A stretch of 30,003 nucleotides of DNA from Octopus sinensis (lineage: Eukaryota), in assembly GCF_006345805.1 (NCBI RefSeq), contig NW_021832663.1, positions 1 to 30,003 of the forward strand. Direction: 5' to 3'. The position numbers and the translations under genes were made by a program. Positions 21,985 through 30,003 of the stretch are shown here, piece by piece. Positions within the stretch are counted from its first letter, which is position 1. Each line of letters opens with the position of its first letter. Below the pieces are notes generated by a model that saw only the letters and a program-made list of their open reading frames with translations, did not search any database and was not told the origin of the DNA.

Positions 21985-23282
21985 ATGTCTATTCTGTGGT
22001 CTTTAATCTACGAGATCATTTTAATAATATTCCAAGCATTATTACAACTAATTTACGTGAGCAACCAATTTGTTTTGAGGTTTTATACTAAGTAGTATAT
22101 TATCAGTGTTTCCAGAAGTACAAATATATTAAAAATCATACTTATAACGACTATTTCTTTTACTCTCTCATACTACTTTATTGACATTCCAGAAAGAGTA
22201 TGATTGAAGTAACTATTCTAAGCTGTTATATGCTATTATTTGGCATGGTCGCTGGGTCTGGCTTGGGATCCTCTCCTCGGTTGGACTGGGTTGTGGACTT
22301 CATACATTTGTCTTATACCTTGTGTTATTATATTTGTAATCTCTAAGGCTCCTCATGTCGCACAAGTCACCCTTTCTGCGTATGAGTGTGGCACACTTAA
22401 TTTTCCACAACCTCCATATCCTTACGAGTAAATGGATTTTTTAAAATTTGTTTTAGAATTTTTTGTCCAGAAAACGTGGTAAAATCTTTAGTGACGGTAG
22501 GAAAAATATTTTGTTTTGTTAAGTTAGAAACGTTTTTATGGGTTTTTTTTGATAAATTTTATTTCAGGGACTGGGTACCGCTATAGGAGAATTGCCACCA
22601 TATTTTATAGCTCGGGCTTCATCCATGTCTGGAGTACAAGATCGGGATTTTAATAGACTTCAAGAGCTTGAAAATTTGGACCAAAATGATTTGGTATTTG
22701 AATATAGTTTTTAATAATTGGGCTTTATTGAGCGCATTCAAGTCTTTGTATATGTGTCGATAAAAAAACTCGGATTTTGGGGAATTCTCGCTTGTGCCTC
22801 TGTTTTTTTTATACATAAAATAATTTTAGATTCCCAATCCGTTATATGATTTGGCCGGTATCACATGTGGTCATTTCCACATTCCTTTTTGGAAGTTTTT
22901 TGCGCCTACTTTAATCGGGAAAAGTTTGATAAAAGCTCAAATCCAGGTTTTAAATTTCTAATAAATGAAGGTCTTGGTCATCATTGTGGTCTTCAGTGAG
23001 CACCACACAGAAGGAATAATTTCATTTGTGAGGTTTGCAGTGTTTGTGATTTCCAGTTACCTTCCGTATATAGGAAGTTATTTAGAGAAGACTCTATCTG
23101 ATTATGTCATTGGACAAAAAATGAGTTTATACAATCCTGTTTATAATAAGGTCGTTTTTTGGATTTATTAGGATTAGACTGGGACATTTTCTTATTTTTT
23201 AACGATTGGAATCGTTGTATACTTTATTTCTTCAATTATGTGGTCACTTTCTCATGCCTACCGAAAACGTGTTGACCTTTAA
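21985..23282 (+). CDS. VMP1: Vacuole membrane protein 1 (VMP1/TMEM49), multi-exon; start uncertain
   Basis: Spliced translation: [23 protein letters not shown]|[30 protein letters not shown]|[28 protein letters not shown]|[59 protein letters not shown] (stop 23280-23282). Introns include 22322-22347 (26 nt) and 22947-22970 (24 nt). Confidence 0.93.
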
Positions 23283-23540
23283 ATTTTCATATTCTTTGAA
23301 ATAAAAAAATTGGATTTTTTGTTAACTCAAATCGCAAATTAATTTATTTAGCATATTTTTCATCTTTTAAAATTTGGGGAAATCAATAGAAAAATGGTTT
23401 ATTTTTAAACTCATTTTCACTTTTCCTAATGAATTTGTTGATTGAGTGATCGCTCGCTGCGCTCGGTCGCTCGCAGCGCTCGCGACATAATATTTTATCG
23501 AATTGAAAATAAATAAGTAATTAAAAGCATTCATCTATGG

Positions 23541-24148
<608 letters not shown>

Positions 24149-24479
24149 ATCTACGGTATTTTTTTCTATTCAGTTACCATTTTACTAACTGTTTTTCATT
24201 GATTAGTTTATCTTTATTAACCAATTCTAATTTCCGTGAAAATATGTAACTAAAGTATTTTTCAAATAAAATTTATCCTAAAACTTGAATTATTTTAGAT
24301 AAATTGCTTCAATTCAAAGTTACAATGAAAAATATTTTGGGTTTTATAAAGAGACAAAATAGATTATTCAGAATTTATCACATAAATATTGTAATGTTTC
24401 ATCGTCTTTACGATAAATAGATTATATCCTGTTTTGTAGAGGTTGATGCTTGAAGAATAAAAGAATTTTTATTGGAAAT

Positions 24480-25000
24480 GCTATTTCAGCATGGGTTCAA
24501 AAATGAAAAATCTACATACATGCATTTAATGGTTTCATTCATGCTGGATTTGCAACTAAAAAACAGTGCTCTGTTTCGTCGATATACACAAACCTTTAAC
24601 TCAGTTTCAAGGAAGATTCTATCAAGAAAATATTTTAAACAGAGTTTCCAGGGAAGCTCAAAATATGGATCACCAACTTCCTCAGTGGACGAAGGGCAGA
24701 GTGTGCATCGGAGAACAAAAGTCTATTTAACGTCTCCTGCCCAGCGGAGTACATCAGGGTTCTCCCTTATCTCTTGCTTTATTCGATCTCTTCTTGGAAG
24801 ACCTTTCGCCTCTGGTGCAAGATGATGATATTTTACTGTCTTACGCGAATGACATTGTATTGGCTTCATGGGATCGAAACATCCAGAAGACCAGTGAAAG
24901 GACCCAATTTAACCTGGATCGGTTCAATGCCTGGCTAATGGATAATCGGTTTGTTACGAATGTTAAGAAGTCATTTATGTCTCTTTTCAATCTAATAAAA
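24480..25000 (+). mobile_element. LINE reverse transcriptase relic (related to the 2129-5545 element type)
   Basis: FQHGFKNEKST / FVDI..TFNSVSRKIL / GKLKIWITNFLSGR / GVHQGSPLSLALF / YAND (degenerate YADD), with several frameshifts. Confidence 0.85.
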
Positions 25001-25179
25001 GATTGGAAGAAAGACAGTTTCTTTAAAGCTGAACAATGTCATCATATGTTTCAACAGAATTCAGAGGATCCTAGGAGTGACTCTTGATATGCATCTCTGC
25101 TTTTCTCCACATGTAGATAGCATATTTCTGAAATGTAAAAAGGAAATGAATGTGTTAAAAAACTTATTGGCAACATGTA

Positions 25180-25320
25180 AGAATGATTCTTACCCGGTCT
25201 TGGCAAACACATATTATCAATAAATCGAACTATGCCTTTTCTACGGTTGTTTTGCATGAGGATTGCTTTTATCTTGGACAAACAAGAGAAAAATCAAGAA
25301 GCAGATTAACCGAACGTTGG
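25180..25320 (+). mobile_element. Possible Penelope-like GIY-YIG endonuclease relic
   Basis: KNDSYPVLANTYY...C..GC / DCFYLGQTREKSRSRLTER resembles the Y-x-C-x-C ... YIGQT.R.L..R..EH core; the match is short and frameshifted. Confidence 0.4.
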
Positions 25321-26170
25321 TTGTATGGAAACGGACGTTCCGGATCGGATCCTCTGAAGGATCTGATTAATCTGAACTCTAGAATGCCGGTCTATGTTGC
25401 TAAAAAACTGACTGGCCGCCGGTGCGGTCTTTTGTGGGCTCGTGGGGAAATCATCGAGCGAAGATGAGGTCGCTCGTGAAATACAGCGGGATCACGTGAT
25501 TAATTTGTTATGTTTTTACCGTGGCTTTGGTGTTAAAAGTATTATTTTATTATTATCTGTTCTATTTTAAATTAGGTTAGAATTTTATAATAATTTTAAA
25601 TTTAAACCTAAATTTATCTGATAACCTAAATATTATTAATACTAAGTCTCCAATGTCCATTTGTTTTATGCTTTTCAGAATCTTTTTAAATCTTTGGTAA
25701 TTTGCAGACACCAGATTAACATGCCTAATCAACGTGCATCAAATAAGCCAAGAATTTGTCTTTTAAGAGACGATACAAACATAATTTCAATAAAGCGACA
25801 GAACCAAATATTTTAATTTGAGAATAAAAAGGATATTTAATATAAAGTCCATTTAAAAACATTAAAAATGAGTCATCTTTTACTAGTTAATAAACGACAA
25901 TAGTGAAGAATCGGGTTTGAAAAAGCCCTGATTGTCAAAAGCAAAGAATATTTGACAAATAACAAAAATATGTTGTTTTCTAAGCTAATTATATATCAAA
26001 TAGTAGAAAGTAACAATCGAGTAATTGTTGTAAAGATTAATTAGTTTTAGAATTTTTCGTAGAATTTTAGATTCTACCCTCATCCAAAATATCGCCGTCG
26101 CGTTGTTGTATTAATTTGATCTTTTTTGTGCCTGATTTTTGTGATTTTGACACTGCATTATTGCTAAAAT

Positions 26171-26491
26171 TCATTTACCTGGATATTGGTAAACTTTACT
26201 TCCTCTGGCTTTTTTCAATATTTTTTCTGAATATTCAGAACTCCTTTCTACTTCTATATTAAATCCACTTTCACATTTCATAATGAGTTTATGAATATCT
26301 TTGTAACTTTTATTTTTAACATTTATATTGTCAATTTTTAAAATGACGTCTTTAACCTGTAAACCAGCTTTTTCAGCAGGCGAATTGGGAATTATCTCAT
26401 TTATTATGTGAGTTTTTTGACCCGGAATCGAATCCAAGATGATTCCGTACATAAAGTATGGGCGTTTCAATACTATTCTGCGTTGATCCAT
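26171..26491 (-). CDS. Small single-PDZ-domain protein (NHERF-like PDZ), intronless, 106 aa
   Basis: Intact ORF: RRIVLKR..MYGIIL...IINEIIPNSPAEKAGLQVKDVILKIDNINVKNKSYKDIHKLI, carrying the PDZ signature P.SPA..AGL...D.I..I....V. Confidence 0.75.
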   Translation of the reverse strand: MDQRRIVLKRPYFMYGIILDSIPGQKTHIINEIIPNSPAEKAGLQVKDVILKIDNINVKNKSYKDIHKLIMKCESGFNIEVERSSEYSEKILKKARGSKVYQYPGK

Positions 26492-26974
26492 TTCAGTAAA
26501 AAGTTTAAAATTAATTCAACAACTTAAAAAATAACTTTAAATTTATTGTCTTCATTAATAAAAAAATAAATTACCTAAAATTTACAAAGACTGTCTATTT
26601 TTCAATCAGCCAAAAAAATGTTTTTCTCGATAGAATTTAATTTTACAAATCCTTTCAATACACAACAGAATTTATATTAGTTTAAGTCTTTAGCTGTTGT
26701 TAACTAATCAACTTTTTAAAAACCAGGAATAACGACAAGTTGCTTTCCTGTTACCTACCTTTCTCTATAAAAGATTTATTGAGCGTCCAGCAATATCTGG
26801 ATGATACCTTTAAGGTTCCATTGTCGTTGGGAATTGAAAATAAACGCTGGAAAACTCAGAAAATGTAAGATTGCCTCTTCCAGAAGTAAACATATTAACT
26901 CTCAGACGTACAAATGCAAAAGAAGCATCCGACAAGGATATCTCCAAAATTTTTTTCCTGTAATCTTGGTGTTA

Positions 26975-27205
26975 ACATTTTTTATTCTTTTGTTTCTAAT
27001 CCAAGAGATCATTAAAAGAATATTCATTCCAACCAATCTAGGTGAGCAATCAATTTTTAAGGTTTAATTCTAAGTAGGGTATTGTTAGTTTTTCTAAAGT
27101 ACAAATATATTGAGAATCATACTTATAACTGCTATGGTACTACCTTATTGACATTACAGAAATATTGTGATTTAAGTAAATATCTTAAGTTGCTATTTGG
27201 TATAA
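26975..27205 (+). pseudogene. Degenerate partial duplicate of the VMP1 5' region, including intron sequence
   Basis: Colinear with ~21990-22245: taatccaagagatcatt / gtgagcaatcaattt / ctaagtag / agtacaaatatattgagaatcatacttataac / tactaccttattgacattacagaaa / gatttaagtaaatatcttaag. It has an internal deletion and no later exons. Confidence 0.8.
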
Positions 27206-27339
27206 CACAATTGACGAGATGATTTTATAAATCTTATGAATCAGGGGAAACGGAGCAACTTTTAGCTTATGTTTTGACGGAATTATCATAGGTACGAGAT
27301 AGTGAATTAGAAAATTTAATTATTGCTGACGAAAAAATG

Positions 27340-27600
27340 ATTGTAAAAATGAGATACACGAAAAAAATATCAATGTTGGAACGACTATGCTTTTAAGGTC
27401 TCAGCGTCAAATTAATTTATATACAGGACAACGATGCCAATGTTCGGCAGTATCCAATGTATGGTGGACTTGATGTTGACAAGTATATTGTTGTCAAGCG
27501 AACAATTGATCTCTATGTTATCGAAAAAAGGACGGAGAATGGTTATATGGAAATCATAATTCTCGTAACGCGTTTTAACTTTATTCATAGTAACTATCTA
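27340..27600 (+). mobile_element. Possible piggyBac-like transposase relic
   Basis: Frameshifted EKNINVGT, QY.QCM/GGLDVD, EQLISM, RNAF*LY resemble piggyBac A.GT, YNxxMGGVD..DQ.IS and VNAFILY motifs. Confidence 0.35.
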
Positions 27601-27921
27601 GATTTCATTTTGGAATTCGATCTAATTCTTTTGAATTAGCTATTAATCTGTTATCAGACGCTATATTTTTTACTTTTCCCTTTTCTTTATATAAGGATTC
27701 AAACATAAACTGTTGCTATTTAATTATGCCTCATTCCCTATTTTATTTCCTAATCATTCCTTATTTGAAATATGTTGATCGTCAGTTATCATAAATCGAT
27801 TTGTTTTTTTATAAGTTTGTATTTTTTGATTTAGATGTAGTTGTCACTGATTTTAATATTCATTATTATTTTTCACGTAACCTAAGGATTAACACTATAA
27901 TCTTAATAATAAAATGGTATG

Positions 27922-27982
27922 GTGTGTGTCTGTCTGTCTGTCTGTGTGTCTGTCTGTGTGTCTGTCTGTCTGTCTGTGTGTG
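27922..27982 (+). repeat. Compound (GTCT)n/(GT)n microsatellite
   Basis: gtgtgtgtctgtctgtctgtctgtgtgtctgtctgtgtgtctgtctgtctgtctgtgtgtg, read directly. Confidence 0.97.
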
Positions 27983-28005
27983 CACACCAACTTCAAATTG
28001 GCAAT

Positions 28006-28423
28006 ACGATGTCCTCGACTTACATGATGAGGTCCTTAAAACCTTCCCCCCAAAAAAAATTAAAAAAAATTTTTCTGCGTTTTGGTCAAAATGAACAACT
28101 ACGATGTCCTCGACTTACATGATGAGGTCCTTAAAACCTTCCCCCCAAAAAAATTAAAAAAAAATTTTCTGCATTTTGGTTAAAATGAACAACTACAATG
28201 TCCTCGACTTACATGATGAAGTCCTTAAAACCTTCCCCCCAAAAAAATTAAAAAAAAATTTTCTGCATTTTGGTTAAAATGAACAACTACAATGTCCTCG
28301 ACTTACATGATGAAGTCCTTAAAACCTTTCCCCCAAAAAATCAAAAAATTATTTTCTGCATTTTGATTAAAATGAACAACGCGAATGTCCTCGACATTCA
28401 TGATGAGGTCCATTAAAACCTTC
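28006..28423 (+). repeat. Tandem repeat, ~94-95 bp unit, ~4.4 copies
   Basis: Units start acgatgtcctcgacttacatgatgaggtcc at 28006, 28101, 28195, 28289 and ~28381; the last copy is partial and the most diverged. Confidence 0.97.
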
Positions 28424-28633
28424 AAGGCAAAAATCTCACGTATTAAGAATATCCTTGATGAAAACGACAGCGAGAATATTAACAATGATGAACTCCCAAT
28501 TATTCGCGATAAAGAAATTGAATTCATCCTATGTTTTTCTCTTTAAAATTAAATGCATATATCATTATCGACCATGAATCAAAATTAAAGCTATTATCAT
28601 ATTTGACTTTGACAGAATGTGCAATCACAGATT

Positions 28634-28838
28634 GCACGACTTTGAATAGAGTGTGCAATTAACAGATTTTGAAAAACCACTTTGATAGTTGAAACCACAT
28701 TAGCACAATCATTAACACAATTTACCACCAATTGACGCACGACCTTGAATAGAGTGTGCAATTAACAGATTTTGAAAAACACTTTGATAGTTGAAACCAC
28801 ATTAGCACAACCATTAACACAATTTACCACCAATTGAC
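28634..28838 (+). repeat. Tandem duplication, ~103 bp unit, 2 copies
   Basis: gcacgac(t/c)ttgaatagagtgtgcaattaacag...ccaccaattgac begins at 28634 and 28737; the copies are near-identical. Confidence 0.97.
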
Positions 28839-29195
28839 AGCGCAATCAGAAGAATTTGCGTAAAAATATTAACTATTTACTTGAGTTTTTCGTAAAGATA
28901 GAATTTATTTTCGGTATGCCTCTTTTCCTAAACTTTTTTATTATTCAAAAATAATTTTTTAAATAGATAACCGAAGGAGGAAAAACGAAGCTGAAGAAAA
29001 AACGGTCAGCTTAATAAGGTAATTAATTAAATTTTTTTTGTGTGTCGCTTTCTTGCCTGCCGCATTTCCGCCTGCCGTATCTCCCCCTGCCCCATTCCGC
29101 CAGTAAAAAATAAAAAAAGAAAAAAAAGGAAATTACAAAGGAAAAATGAAAAAATTAAATATAAAAAAAATAAACCACAAAAAATGAAAAAAAAG

Positions 29196-29384
29196 TTTGC
29201 AATGACAATAAACAAGGCCCAGGGACAGTCATTAAAGGTAGTTGGGTTATTTTTAGAGAGTGAGTGCTTTTCACATGGACAGCTGTATGTGGGATGCTCG
29301 AGGGTAGGCAGAAGAGAAAATTTATTCATATATGCCAAGGAAGGACGGACGACAAACATCGTTTATCAACAGGCGATAGAATAG
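29196..29384 (+). pseudogene. Helitron PIF1-like helicase C-terminal fragment
   Basis: FAMTINKAQGQSLKVVGLFLESECFSHGQLYVGCSRVG...NIVYQQAIE* contains helicase motifs V and VI of Helitron RepHel. Confidence 0.93.
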
Positions 29385-30003
29385 GGTTACATTAAACCAG
29401 GTAGTTTTATACATCTACATAAACTTATAGTTGTTTGATGAAACAGGCCCTCCGCAGGAGCTAGGTCGCGGTGAGCGAAGCGAGCTGCCGAGCTAGTAAC
29501 ATAATAAAATCTTTTGGGACAAACTATTTTTTAATAAAATGTCGCTAAATCGTTTCTTATAATGAATTATTTGTATTTCAAATTTAATGTCGAAAAATAA
29601 TCTGTGGTTTTAAATTTAAGATCCCAGTGGTCGTCCAGGATTGGTTGTGACGTATTAATATATTACTCTATTTATACATATTTTTAATAAATTTAAAATA
29701 AAAATAATATTGAATAAAAAGATTCTCTTAAATACTATCATCTTTGTTATTTATCACGTTGGATATAATTCTAATGAGTCCTCATAGTAACTAATTTTTT
29801 AGTGACTGAAAAAATGCAAGACTTCTGGGCAGATACTCTAAATACTAAAAAAATTGATTCATTGTCACTTGAAAATTGCAGCCATGTATTTTAAAAATAT
29901 ATTAATCTTAAAAAATTTATCAGTAAAATAACTATAAATTAGTTATTACTGGAATCCCTTCCAAAAATGGACCTTCTCGATGTAACTGTCGCTGTGCCAT
30001 TTT

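Larger units (their letters stand above)
27901..29496 (+). mobile_element. Non-autonomous Helitron (A|TC ... CTAG|T) carrying a microsatellite, tandem arrays and a helicase tail
   Basis: 5' end a|tcttaataataaaatgg is followed by (GTCT/GT)n, a typical Helitron 5' design. The 3' GC-rich hairpin region gcggtgagcgaagcgagctgccg is followed by CTAG (29493-29496) then T. A PIF1-like helicase C-terminus lies at 29196-29384. That both ends belong to one element is inferred. Confidence 0.7.

Noticed and set aside
25330-25365. Possible hammerhead ribozyme next to the GIY-YIG relic (minus strand cttcaga-ggatccgatcc-ggaacgtc)
   Set aside because: It has three mismatches to the CUGANGA/GAAA core, no stem I pairing, and is antisense to the relic.
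26700-26960. Moderately GC-richer stretch with short open frames
   Set aside because: Only a weak, unconvincing resemblance to LTR RT on the minus strand; unidentified.
28006-28423. CRISPR-like appearance of the 94-bp array
   Set aside because: The whole unit repeats with no unique spacers, the context is eukaryotic, and no cas genes are present.
29500-30003. Possible terminal exons of a minus-strand gene extending beyond the window
   Set aside because: The fragments are too short to identify or splice reliably.

Overview
Very AT-rich eukaryotic nuclear DNA. Its compact genes carry tiny (about 23-39 nt) GT-AG introns and are metazoan-type: RBM5/10, an ARHGEF10/17-like RhoGEF, class II DnaJB, NCKX/SLC24, VMP1 and a single-PDZ protein. 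This suggests a reduced parasitic animal such as a myxozoan; that is inference. The genes sit among decayed transposons: two Tc1, several Buster-type hAT, jockey/I-like, RTE and REL-type LINEs, a Helitron with internal tandem arrays, and possible Penelope, piggyBac and IS630-like relics. The main discovery is a ~1.75 kb block at ~5710-7460 of pseudogenised Chlamydiae DNA: tsp(-), euo(+), recJ(-), secF(-). The four genes keep the order of the chlamydial tsp...euo-recJ-secDF locus, but the block has been collapsed by large deletions and carries stops and frameshifts. It reads as an old lateral transfer from a chlamydial symbiont or pathogen into the host chromosome. All assignments come from manual translation and motif recognition; no database searches were run.
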